Shown here one piece after another: positions 17,842 through 27,365 of a DNA stretch of 57,599 nucleotides. Position 1 is the first letter of the stretch. The number at the start of each line of letters is the position of its first letter. The stretch spans positions 1 through 57,599 of the forward strand of contig JAZQAZ010000003.1 of NCBI GenBank assembly GCA_045545475.1, given 5' to 3'. The notes below the pieces were generated by a model. The model was given only the letters and a program-made list of their open reading frames with translations, did not search any database and was not told the origin of the DNA. A program made the translations under genes and the position numbers. Source of the DNA: Clostridia bacterium (lineage in GTDB: Bacteria; Bacillota; Clostridia; CAKSNL01; HGM11501).

Positions 17842-20673
17842 ATGAAAAAACGTATTATTGCATTAATGCTTGTCCTTATGATGCTTGCGTCGACAGTTTT
17901 TGTAACAACCAATGCAGCAGAAGGACAAATCAAAAACATCATTTACTTAATCCCTGACGGAGGTGGCTATGCTCCTTACGATTTTGCCAATATGGTAAAG
18001 GTGGCAGGCGGCTTTAATGTAGAACTTTTCCCGAATAAAACACCCACCGACGAAAGCCCCATGGCTATGCGTTCCCAGCTTGCGGGAAGTATGAAAACCG
18101 CACCCGTAACAGGCGGCGTTACCGACTCTGCTGCGGCAGGTACAGCTATGGCAACGGGCTACAAAACCGTTAACGGTTTTGTAGGCATTGACAAAAACGG
18201 AGTTCCGAAAGCTAATCTTGTTGAGGCAGCAGAATCCAAGGGTATGGCAACGGGTATCATTTCCACTTACCATTGGGCTCATGCAACACCTGCCACATTC
18301 ACAGCTCATGCGGCGGACAGAAACGATCTTTATGACATCTATCAGCAGATAGAAAACAAAGGTCTTGAAGTTGTTCTCGGTGTGGGATACGGACAGGTAG
18401 CTCAGTACGCTACCATACAGAACGCTGTAGACGCAGGCTACAGTGTTGTTGAAACCAAAGAGGATTTATTAAAGGTTAAACCCGGCGACAAAATCTGGGG
18501 CAATATCGGCGAAAAAGGTTTTCCCTATGACGTATATTTAGGCGAAACACAGGCAAACCTGGCTGAAATGACGAAAGGTGCTATCACCGCTCTTTCAGGC
18601 GACCCCGACGGATTTTTCCTTATGGTTGAAGGCGGTATGGTTGATACAGGCGGACACGCCAGCGATGCCCGTATTACAACAAGCGAATATTTAGCTTTTG
18701 ATGAAGCCTTCCGCGTTGCACTTGAATTTGCAAAAGGCCGTAAGGATACAGTTGTAATCTGTGCTCCCGACCACGATACAGGCGGAATGATTATCCCCGA
18801 GGATACAAAAACTGCAGTTTCCGAAGTAATGGAAGGAATAAACCCCGAAAGCGTTAAGTGGACAACAGCCAGCCACACAGATCAGAATGTTGGTGTATGG
18901 GTTTATGCTCCCGAAGGCGTGTCTTTAATTAAAGGCTTGAATCCCGTTTTGGGCGACACACAAAGCACCCGTGAAAATTACATAATTGATAATACGGAAA
19001 TTGCACCCTGGTGTGCCTCTTTAATGGGTGTTAACCTTGATGATTTATCGAAAGAGCTTTTCTTGGACGTAACCACCATAGGAAAATTCAATTCTCTTAC
19101 AAGAACCTTCACCTTCAACAATGGTGATAAGTATGTAGTAAGCAATCAGGACGAATACTTTAAGGATGGCAAGAAAATTTCCACAAACGGTAAAGTTGCA
19201 TTTTACACCAAGAACAGATTCTATGTACCTTCGGAAATGGTAGAAGAAGAAGACTGGAAGCATGTTTCAAAACTGGAAGCCGGTGACGGAATAACAGGAA
19301 AAGGCTCTGCTTCAGACCCATTTATCATCGACGATGTCTATGACTTTATGGAATTTACAGGCAATATGCTTGTAGGAAATAATTACAGCGGAAAGTACAT
19401 CCGTCAGACACAGGACATTGATTTAACCCCCTATACCGACTATACAGGCATCGGTGCCGGTGCCACATTTGCTGGTACATACGACGGATACGGAAGAAAG
19501 ATTAAGGTTGCCATAACCTCAGATACCGATGTTTCCGTGTTCCCGAAGGTAAGCGGCGTTCTTATGAACGTAGGTGTAGAAGGAACCATCGTCTCCACCA
19601 AAAACGGCGGTTATGCTGCAGGCCTTGCATATTATGTGGGCTCCGGCGGAAAAATAATAAACTGCTACTCAAACGCACGTGTTGAAGCAACATATGCAGG
19701 CGGTATTACCACATATAACTACGGCTTAATCGGAAACTGTTCTTTCTGCGGAGCATTAAAAGGCAGCAAAGCAAGTGTTCCGATCGGAATGGCCGCAGGC
19801 GATGCAGCAGAATTTTTAGAATGCTATTACTTAAAGGGTGCAGGCTCAACTTCATTAAACGTAGCTACAGCAGTAACAGAAGCTCAGGCAAAGACTCAGT
19901 TAGCCGAAAGATTAAACTCTAACCGTAAGGGTGCTGCAAATGCACTCGGCTACAATACAAGCCTCGTATCATATTGGACAAACGAGAACGGCTATGCAGA
20001 GCTTTATACTCCTGCCCCTGTTGTTGAAAAAATCACCATAACACCTGAAAGTGCAACCGTAGCCAAAGGCGAAGGCATTTTACTTACAGCAAAGGTAACA
20101 GGTAAGTATGCTCCGTCCCAGAAGGTTACCTGGTCTGTTGAAGGACTGGTTAAAGAGGATACCTTTATCGGTGCCGACGGTTATCTTACAGTTGCTTCAG
20201 ACGAAACCGCAAAAACCTTCTTGGTTATGGCAAAGTCCAATCAGGACGGCGGTAAGGTTGCCACAATAACAATAACAGTCAAGGATTCCGAAAAAACGGA
20301 AAACAAAGATATCATCTTGACCATCGACAAGAAAGAAGCTTTGGTTTTCGGTGAATTGAAAGAAAACGATGTTGCTCCCTTAATTAAGAACGGAAGAACA
20401 ATGCTTCCTGCCCGCTTTGTTACAGAAGCTCTGGGCGGAAAAGTTTCCTGGGACGGCGAAAAACGAGAGGTTACAATCGAAAAGGAAGGCTTAAAGCTCG
20501 TCCTTACAATTGATAAAGATACTGCTATCCTCAACGGGGAAGAAGTAAAATTAGACTCTCCGGCTTTCATCGAAAACGGAAGAACATACACTCCTGTACG
20601 TTTTATTGCAGAAGCACTTGGTGCAACCGTATCCTGGAATGCAGAAACCAGAGAAGTTACAATCACCAAATAA
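17842..20673 (+). CDS. Secreted alkaline phosphatase fusion 3: AP + GLUG-like + Ig-like + CAO-N
   Basis: ATG 17842 after AAGGAGG (MKKRIIALML signal peptide); all AP motifs intact. Confidence 0.9.
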   Translation: MKKRIIALMLVLMMLASTVFVTTNAAEGQIKNIIYLIPDGGGYAPYDFANMVKVAGGFNVELFPNKTPTDESPMAMRSQLAGSMKTAPVTGGVTDSAAAGTAMATGYKTVNGFVGIDKNGVPKANLVEAAESKGMATGIISTYHWAHATPATFTAHAADRNDLYDIYQQIENKGLEVVLGVGYGQVAQYATIQNAVDAGYSVVETKEDLLKVKPGDKIWGNIGEKGFPYDVYLGETQANLAEMTKGAITALSGDPDGFFLMVEGGMVDTGGHASDARITTSEYLAFDEAFRVALEFAKGRKDTVVICAPDHDTGGMIIPEDTKTAVSEVMEGINPESVKWTTASHTDQNVGVWVYAPEGVSLIKGLNPVLGDTQSTRENYIIDNTEIAPWCASLMGVNLDDLSKELFLDVTTIGKFNSLTRTFTFNNGDKYVVSNQDEYFKDGKKISTNGKVAFYTKNRFYVPSEMVEEEDWKHVSKLEAGDGITGKGSASDPFIIDDVYDFMEFTGNMLVGNNYSGKYIRQTQDIDLTPYTDYTGIGAGATFAGTYDGYGRKIKVAITSDTDVSVFPKVSGVLMNVGVEGTIVSTKNGGYAAGLAYYVGSGGKIINCYSNARVEATYAGGITTYNYGLIGNCSFCGALKGSKASVPIGMAAGDAAEFLECYYLKGAGSTSLNVATAVTEAQAKTQLAERLNSNRKGAANALGYNTSLVSYWTNENGYAELYTPAPVVEKITITPESATVAKGEGILLTAKVTGKYAPSQKVTWSVEGLVKEDTFIGADGYLTVASDETAKTFLVMAKSNQDGGKVATITITVKDSEKTENKDIILTIDKKEALVFGELKENDVAPLIKNGRTMLPARFVTEALGGKVSWDGEKREVTIEKEGLKLVLTIDKDTAILNGEEVKLDSPAFIENGRTYTPVRFIAEALGATVSWNAETREVTITK

Positions 20674-20709
20674 AAAAAATCTCCCGAATGAAAACCCTTC
20701 CGGAGTTAC

Positions 20710-20742
20710 AAAAAAAGCACCGCCCGATGGGCGGTGTTTTTT
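20710..20742. terminator. Bidirectional terminator
   Basis: AAAAAAGCACCGCCC-gat-GGGCGGTGTTTTTT. Confidence 0.8.
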
Positions 20743-20743
20743 G

Positions 20744-21628
20744 TTATATAAGACCTAATTTTTCCATTTCGGATTTTAGTTTAAGTAAATTCTTTTCTTC
20801 CATTTCATAAAGTGGAAGCCTTACCTTACCTGAATCCAGTCCCAAAAGGTGCATCGCAGCTTTAACGGGAATAGGATTAACCTCGGAGAAAAGTGCCTTT
20901 ATAAGTGCATAATATTTTACCTGCATCGCACCTGCTTCCCTGTAGTTACCATCCAGGCACAAACGGCACATTTTTTCCGTTTCAGCAGGAACAACATTGG
21001 ATAAAACAGAAATTACGCCCTTTGCTCCAACACTCATTAAAGGAACTATAATATCATCGTTACCCGAATATATTGCCAGTTCATCGCCGCAGCGGTCCAT
21101 TATCTCAACGGCACGTGCCGCATTTCCCGTTGCCTCTTTTATTGCAACAATGTTTTCAGTTTTTGAAAGTGCCTCTGCCGATTCGGGGAGAATATCAACT
21201 CCTGTTCGGGACGGCACATTATAGATTATTGCCGGAAGAGAAGTTGATGCTGCCAGTGTTTCATAGTGATGGACAAGACCTCTCTGAGTGGTCTTGTTAT
21301 AATAGGGCGTTACCCAAAGCAGGCCGTCTGCCCCTCTTTTTTCCGCTTCCTTATTCATCATAATTGCGTGGTCGGTGTTGTTGCTTCCCGTCCCTGCAAT
21401 TATTTTTGTTTTGCCCTTTGCGCGATCCACCGCAAAGGAAATTGCCTCTAAATGCTCGTCATCATCCAATGTGGGGGCTTCACCTGTGGTTCCGCAGATT
21501 ACAAGAGCAGGGATTTTTGCATCTATCTGCAAATCAATCTGCTTTCCGAAGGCATCAAAATCAATGCCCTTCTCGTTAAAAGGCGTAATCATCGCCGTTG
21601 CAGTTCCTTCAAAAATCAGCTTTTTCAT
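20744..21628 (-). CDS. dapA: 4-hydroxy-tetrahydrodipicolinate synthase
   Basis: GTTGEAPTL, AGTGSNNT, PYYNKTTQ, YNVPSRTG, IKEATG, NPIPVK. Confidence 0.93.
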   Translation of the reverse strand: MKKLIFEGTATAMITPFNEKGIDFDAFGKQIDLQIDAKIPALVICGTTGEAPTLDDDEHLEAISFAVDRAKGKTKIIAGTGSNNTDHAIMMNKEAEKRGADGLLWVTPYYNKTTQRGLVHHYETLAASTSLPAIIYNVPSRTGVDILPESAEALSKTENIVAIKEATGNAARAVEIMDRCGDELAIYSGNDDIIVPLMSVGAKGVISVLSNVVPAETEKMCRLCLDGNYREAGAMQVKYYALIKALFSEVNPIPVKAAMHLLGLDSGKVRLPLYEMEEKNLLKLKSEMEKLGLI

Positions 21629-21745
21629 AAATACCCTCCTTTTTATTATCCTATGACTTTACAATCTCATTTTATCACAGTTTTTCTTTATTGTCTACAA
21701 AAAAATAAGCACCGCCAAGGGCGGTGCCTATAAACTATGCTTTTT

Positions 21746-23431
21746 TTAATTTTCTTTCCTCTGAGAACCTGTCGGATTAACGATGCTGTAACCTATATTT
21801 ACAAGATGGTCTGCCATTCTTTCAAGTCCCACAATAACCGATGAATAATACGGGCTTACATCCACACTGCAGTTTCCTTCGGCAAGTCTTGCAAAGTGAT
21901 CTGCAATAAGCTCTTTCTTCATGGCATCTACGCTTTCTTCCAATCCGGTTAATTCGGAAAGCCTGCCTTTATGCATTGTGTCAAATGTATATTTAGAAAT
22001 TTCAAGCATCTTCATAACATTATTACGCATAGAGGTAATTCCCGATAGTGCCTTATCGGAAAATGAAATATTTTTGTTTATCATCTCCATTCCAATCTCG
22101 TGGAAGTTTTCTGCATGGTCACCGATACGCTCAAGGTCGTTTAATACATGGAAGTATGAGCCGATAATTTTTTCTTCGCTTCCTTCCACCGCTGCTGACA
22201 ATTTTATTAAAAATTCCGTCAGGGCACTGTTTGTGAAGTTGATTATCTTTTCGTTATTATAAATTTTTTCGTTGTGCTCCGCCGTTCCCGTATCCATCGC
22301 CGCAAAGCAGAGACGTGTATTTTCTTCCACCAAAGAAATCATATAGTCAATTTCTTTCTTCACCTGCATAAGTGCAACAGGAGGAGTGGATATAAGTCTG
22401 TCGTCAACATATTCAAGGGTCAATTCCTTCTTTTCTTCTTTCTTATCTTTGATAACCCTGCAGGAATAATCGACAAGCTGTTTAACAAAGGGCAGCAATG
22501 CACAGGTAGTTGTCACATTAAAAACAACGTGGAAAGCCGACACTCTCATCTGGAGAGACATCGCATCATCTCCGGGGAAGAGAGAAACAAGTAAGTCTAC
22601 CACAGGCTCTTTAAAAATCCAGATAATTGCCGTAAACAGCACTGTTCCTATAACATTAAAGGTAAAGTGGATAAGTGCTACTCTTTTGGAGTTGGCATTT
22701 GCACCGACAGAAGCTAAAAGAGCAGTTATACATGTACCGATGTTTGCACCCAGAATGATAAAGAGTGCAAGGTCAAGAGGAAGTACGCCCGTACCAACCA
22801 TGGTGATAACTACACCCGTAGCTGCAGACGAGCTCTGTATAAGTGCAGTAAATATGACACCAACCAAAATCAACAGAAGAGGAAAATCTATCATTTTGAA
22901 TATTTCGGTGAACATATCCTCCACCAAAGGATTGCCAAATGCCTGTTCACTGCTCATAATATTCAGACCTACAAAGATTAAACCAAGACCGCTGCAAAGA
23001 CTTCCTGCGATTTTAACCTTTTCTTTACCTGAAAAGCCCATCATTACGCCCGCAAAAGCCAGCAGGTACATAGCCATATCGAAGTAATCATTTTTAAGAG
23101 CAACCAAAACACCCGTAATAGTTGTACCTATGTTTGCACCCATAATAATCGGTGTTGCCTGCATAAGTGTCATAACTCCCGCATTTACAAGACCTATAAC
23201 CATTACCGATGTTGCAGATGAGCTTTGAATTATCGCAGTAACTCCTGCACCGATACCAACGCCGGAAAAGCGGTTGTTGCTTATTCTTTCAAGCAGACGC
23301 TTCATTCCTGTACCGGCACTTCTCTCTAAGGCATCGCCCATAAAATTCATACCGACAATAAAAACTCCCACACCCGCAAGAAGCCAGATAAGGCTCTGAA
23401 GCAGCTGCATAATATTCTGTGATGATAACAT
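21746..23431 (-). CDS. Na+/Pi cotransporter with C-terminal PhoU-like domains
   Basis: Two QSSSA and two GANIGT repeats; DLERIGDHAEN, LERMADH. Confidence 0.92.
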   Translation of the reverse strand: MLSSQNIMQLLQSLIWLLAGVGVFIVGMNFMGDALERSAGTGMKRLLERISNNRFSGVGIGAGVTAIIQSSSATSVMVIGLVNAGVMTLMQATPIIMGANIGTTITGVLVALKNDYFDMAMYLLAFAGVMMGFSGKEKVKIAGSLCSGLGLIFVGLNIMSSEQAFGNPLVEDMFTEIFKMIDFPLLLILVGVIFTALIQSSSAATGVVITMVGTGVLPLDLALFIILGANIGTCITALLASVGANANSKRVALIHFTFNVIGTVLFTAIIWIFKEPVVDLLVSLFPGDDAMSLQMRVSAFHVVFNVTTTCALLPFVKQLVDYSCRVIKDKKEEKKELTLEYVDDRLISTPPVALMQVKKEIDYMISLVEENTRLCFAAMDTGTAEHNEKIYNNEKIINFTNSALTEFLIKLSAAVEGSEEKIIGSYFHVLNDLERIGDHAENFHEIGMEMINKNISFSDKALSGITSMRNNVMKMLEISKYTFDTMHKGRLSELTGLEESVDAMKKELIADHFARLAEGNCSVDVSPYYSSVIVGLERMADHLVNIGYSIVNPTGSQRKEN

Positions 23432-23538
23432 TATTTTTCTCCTTTATATATATTTTCTTATTTTATCATACCACCCCAATCTTAAATGCAAAAGCAGACT
23501 AATGTAAATTCTAAGTAAATTTTTTCTTTTTAAAAACA

Positions 23539-23567
23539 TTGACATACATATTCCCCTATGGTAGAAT
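23539..23567 (+). promoter_or_regulatory. sigmaA-like promoter
   Basis: TTGACA-17bp-TAGAAT. Confidence 0.65.
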
Positions 23568-23593
23568 GTGACAAACAAGCAAGGAGGCCTACT

Positions 23594-24796
23594 ATGAAAT
23601 ATACACTTTCCGACCATATTGAAAAAAGCTTTGATCGTCTTTCCAGAAAAGATTATTTAATAAACGACCTTTTGACAGGCGATGGAAACTGGCCCGGAGA
23701 CTGGGAGGGAAGGGCGCTCCTCGCCTTCTGTTCGCTTTATTCCTGCCTTGGCAAAAAGGCAACAGCGATGGATGAATTTATCGCCCGTATTGATGAAATA
23801 TTAAACGAAGACGGCTTTGTGGGCGAGCTTTTTAACCCCGATGCCGTAAACGAGCAGCAGTTATCCGGTAACGGCTGGTTTTTATCTTCTCTTTGTGAAT
23901 ATTATAAGCTTTTCAAGGATGAAAAAATTCTCACAATTGCAAAAAAAGTTTTTACCAATCTTTTCTATGCCGCACTCCCTGCTTATGATGTTTATCCCTT
24001 AGAGCCGCGTGAAAAGGAAGACGGCGGTGTCGGCGGTCACAACTTCGAAAAGAAAAACGGATGGATTTTATCCACCGATGTGGGCTGTGCCTTTATAGGA
24101 GTTGACGGTGTAAGCAGATATTTTGAGCTTACAAAGGACGAAAAAGCAAAAGAATTTATGGAAAAGACCGCAGAAAAATTCTGCGAAATAGATAAACTTA
24201 AGGTTAAGGCACAAACTCACGCCACATTAACCGCTTCCCGGGCTTATTTCAGATTTTTTAAGGCTACGGGCAATAAGAAGTATTTCGGTATTGCAAAAGA
24301 CCATTTTGAGCTTTACATAAGAAATGGCATGACCTATACATATGAAAACTTTAACTGGTTTAACCGTAAAGATACATGGACAGAACCCTGTGCCGTTACC
24401 GACAGTTTAATTCTTGCTATCTGGTTTTACAATGAAACAAAGGATGAATTCTACAAAACCCTGGCACGAAGAATATGGTTTAACGGCCTTTCTTACTGCC
24501 ACAGAGACAACGGAGGTGCAGGCCCCAACAGCTGTGTATCAGAAATTAATTCCTACCTTAAAATTTTCATGTACGAGGCACAGTTCTGTTGTACCATGCG
24601 TTATGCTGAAGGATTAAAATTCGTCTTCGAAAACAAGGAGCTCTTTGAAAACGGAGAAGGCGAAATCACAACCGATAACCTTGGCAGAAAATTCTTAGGA
24701 GACTTACTCATAGTAACCGACGAAGAAGGAAAAGATCACCTTCTCCCCGACCTTGCATTCGGAAATAAAGACAGAAAAATTTATAAAGTATATTAA
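23594..24796 (+). CDS. GH127/GH146-like (alpha/alpha)6 cysteine glycosidase, compact form
   Basis: QTHAT, TEPCAVTDS and FCCTMR resemble the E-x-C / C-C zinc-nucleophile motifs; ATG 23594 after AAGGAGG. Confidence 0.6.
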   Translation: MKYTLSDHIEKSFDRLSRKDYLINDLLTGDGNWPGDWEGRALLAFCSLYSCLGKKATAMDEFIARIDEILNEDGFVGELFNPDAVNEQQLSGNGWFLSSLCEYYKLFKDEKILTIAKKVFTNLFYAALPAYDVYPLEPREKEDGGVGGHNFEKKNGWILSTDVGCAFIGVDGVSRYFELTKDEKAKEFMEKTAEKFCEIDKLKVKAQTHATLTASRAYFRFFKATGNKKYFGIAKDHFELYIRNGMTYTYENFNWFNRKDTWTEPCAVTDSLILAIWFYNETKDEFYKTLARRIWFNGLSYCHRDNGGAGPNSCVSEINSYLKIFMYEAQFCCTMRYAEGLKFVFENKELFENGEGEITTDNLGRKFLGDLLIVTDEEGKDHLLPDLAFGNKDRKIYKVY

Positions 24797-24797
24797 T

Positions 24798-24836
24798 AAA
24801 AAGAAATCGCAGTGAAATTCACTGCGATTTCTTTTT
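24798..24836. terminator. Bidirectional terminator
   Basis: AAAAAGAAATCGCAGTGAA-a-TTCACTGCGATTTCTTTTT. Confidence 0.8.
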
Positions 24837-27352
24837 TAATTTGTAATTGTTACCGTCTGCGTCGCACCGTCCCACGCCACGTTATAGCCGAGCTGTTCGG
24901 ATACAAATCTTACGGGAATAAAAGTACGGGAGTCCTTGATTACAGGGAAGTTAAGAAGTGTGTACATAATGTCACCAAGCTTGTTGTCTTTTACATAAAC
25001 AAGATTGTTCCATATTTGGAGGGTAATTGTTTTACCCGGAACTTTAAGTGTAATCGATTTCGTATCTCCGTCCCAGGTTATTTCAGCACCCATCTCCTCA
25101 ACCAATCCCCTTAAGGGAATCATTGTTGAACCGTTTACAATATAGGGAGCAACGTCGATTGTCTTTTCCGATACGTTTCCGTTTATATCTGTTTTTATTA
25201 CATTGGAGCCTATCTGAAGCTCATACTTTTCCTTGGTTACAATGTGAGACTTGTCATAAGCTTCCTTTGTCTGATAAAATTCTATTTCACAGCAGGAAAC
25301 TCTCTTTGCGTGAGCCTCTTCAACCTCGATTTCCATAAAGCGAACGTCAATTTCCTTATCAAAGGTAATTGTCTTTATGTCTCTGTTTATGGGCATCTTA
25401 ACGCCGGTTGCCGCCGCTTCCCAATTGTCGCCGTCAGCACTTACATAAACAGAGACCAGTCCCCACGCACCATGACAGTCCTCTGACTGACGGGGCTTAT
25501 AGGTCATTTCCTTGATGCCATAAACCTTTCCGAGGTCTACCTTAAGTATTACGGGAAATTCATCTATCGATTCTGTCTGCCAGAATGCACCGGTTCCGTC
25601 AAACACCTTTTCGGGGGTGTTTTCTGCCCAGCTTTCGCCGTCATAGCTTGCGGAGAAAGCAGAGTTATCAACCTTGTAGAGTCTGTCTCTTGCATTGTCC
25701 TCAAAATAAGTTTCAACCTTACCGTCAGGAAGAGAAGTATTTCTTTCCCAGAGGTTGAATTCACCGAGTGTACCGAAGGACTGAGCACTTTCCAGAATTT
25801 CAAGCTTTACCTTCTTTAACTTAAGGTTTGAGGTAAAGGGAATTTCCTTTTCCTCGGCATCATCTGAAAATTCAAGGTTTTCATAAAGCATATAATATTC
25901 GCCGTCATCGGTTTCTTTTCCGTAAACATTAAGCTTTAATATTCTTCCGAGCTTCATATCGTCTCTGGGATGAAGGGTAATACCTGATGCATAGGTAGCA
26001 TTCGGAAGTGTGAACTCTAATGTGTAGGGAGGAATACTTCTGTCAACAACAGTTCCGTCCTTAACGCCGTAGTTTGAATGCCAGTGGGATGTTATGCTTC
26101 CGTCAAGTGCCTGGGCCACAGGGTTTGACTTAAATGATATACCCTCACCTGTCCATCCGGTTCTGTCAAGGTATGAAAGGCCTGCTCTGTTTTTACCTGA
26201 TGCCGTAACTGCACCCGATGCCGTTCCTATAGTAGGCTTTGCTTCCGATGAAGACGCTGTAGTGGTACTTTCCGATGTGCTTTCCTTTTTAGTACCGTCA
26301 AAGTTTGCTATCTTAAAATCAGGAGAATTTTTGTAAAACCATATTTCAACAGCCGTTGCAAAATCTGCTGCAGCCTCGGTTACTTCAATTTTTATCGCAC
26401 GCATTTCTCTTTTTTCGAATGCGGCAACCTGAGGAACTCTCTCCCCTGCGGGATAAGGAATGGAAGCGGTGTGGAAAAGCTCGAAATTCACACCGTCCTT
26501 TGAAGCATAGAGGTTATATTTTCTGAACATTCCCGTTCCGTTGTCGGTTCTGGGGACGTATGCCCAGCCACCAAGGGTAACATTTTTACCGAAATCAACA
26601 ATTACGGAAATAGGAAGATCATCCTTGCTTGTTATGGTAGAACCTTCCGCAGTATAATTCGAATGCCAGAAGGTGGAAGCATTATTGTCAAAAGCACGTT
26701 CAATGGGCATAGTAGAAAGATTGCTTGTTGCTGAAATTTTCCAGCTTCCGTCATACTTAAAGATATCTCCGTCCTTTGTTTCCTCTGTCTTTATTTCTTC
26801 CTTCTTGGTTTCTGCCTGAACACCTGTGTTCTCGGGAGTTATAAACTGAAGCTCTGCACAGGTTCCGAAGCCGCCGGTGGGATCGGTTGCTTCAATTTTT
26901 ATTGCGCGCATTTTCTTTGCTTCAAACATTTCTGTCTGAGGAGCCTTTACGCCGCCGGGATAAGGAAGCTTACCCTTGTGGAAAAGCTCGAAATTCACAC
27001 CGTCGCTTGATGCATAAAGGTTATAGGTATGGAACATTCCCGTTGCATTATCTGTTCGGGGAGTGTAAATCCAGCCCGACAAAGTAACCTCCTTACCGAA
27101 GTTTACGGTAATTGTATGAGGAGCTTCGTCCTTACCTGTAATGGTTGAGCCTTCTGCTGTGTAGTTTGTGTGCCAGTAGGTATCCACTCTGCCGTCGAAG
27201 ACATTAGCTATTTTTTTATTGGGGTACTCGCTGGATGCGGTAACTTCCCAGGATGAATCAAAGGGGAGAATGTATGCATCATCTGCCGCAAAAGCAGAAA
27301 TCATAGTCGATGCCATTAAAACAGTAAGTATCAATGCAAATATTTTCTTCAT
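24836..27352 (-). CDS. Secreted protein with four F5/8 type C (CBM32/discoidin) domains and CAO-N
   Basis: Four W..ASS...FDG..T.WH-type repeats; STMIPLRGLVEEMGA and RTFIPVRFVSEQLG. Confidence 0.85.
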   Translation of the reverse strand: MKKIFALILTVLMASTMISAFAADDAYILPFDSSWEVTASSEYPNKKIANVFDGRVDTYWHTNYTAEGSTITGKDEAPHTITVNFGKEVTLSGWIYTPRTDNATGMFHTYNLYASSDGVNFELFHKGKLPYPGGVKAPQTEMFEAKKMRAIKIEATDPTGGFGTCAELQFITPENTGVQAETKKEEIKTEETKDGDIFKYDGSWKISATSNLSTMPIERAFDNNASTFWHSNYTAEGSTITSKDDLPISVIVDFGKNVTLGGWAYVPRTDNGTGMFRKYNLYASKDGVNFELFHTASIPYPAGERVPQVAAFEKREMRAIKIEVTEAAADFATAVEIWFYKNSPDFKIANFDGTKKESTSESTTTASSSEAKPTIGTASGAVTASGKNRAGLSYLDRTGWTGEGISFKSNPVAQALDGSITSHWHSNYGVKDGTVVDRSIPPYTLEFTLPNATYASGITLHPRDDMKLGRILKLNVYGKETDDGEYYMLYENLEFSDDAEEKEIPFTSNLKLKKVKLEILESAQSFGTLGEFNLWERNTSLPDGKVETYFEDNARDRLYKVDNSAFSASYDGESWAENTPEKVFDGTGAFWQTESIDEFPVILKVDLGKVYGIKEMTYKPRQSEDCHGAWGLVSVYVSADGDNWEAAATGVKMPINRDIKTITFDKEIDVRFMEIEVEEAHAKRVSCCEIEFYQTKEAYDKSHIVTKEKYELQIGSNVIKTDINGNVSEKTIDVAPYIVNGSTMIPLRGLVEEMGAEITWDGDTKSITLKVPGKTITLQIWNNLVYVKDNKLGDIMYTLLNFPVIKDSRTFIPVRFVSEQLGYNVAWDGATQTVTITN

Positions 27353-27365
27353 AATTCATCCCTCC

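Noticed and set aside
11850-20669. Recurrent antisense ORFs (11850-12344, 17281-17610, 20241-20669, 9576-9842, 13224-13586, 18525-18878)
   Set aside because: Shadows of the paralogous sense genes; they recur only because the sense sequence is duplicated
8890-20673. Diversity-generating retroelement or shufflon behind the phosphatase array
   Set aside because: No reverse transcriptase or site-specific recombinase in the window, repeats are direct, and differences are not adenine-specific
21629-21745. Lysine riboswitch upstream of dapA
   Set aside because: The intergenic space is short and taken up by a terminator-like hairpin and a promoter; no L-box features seen
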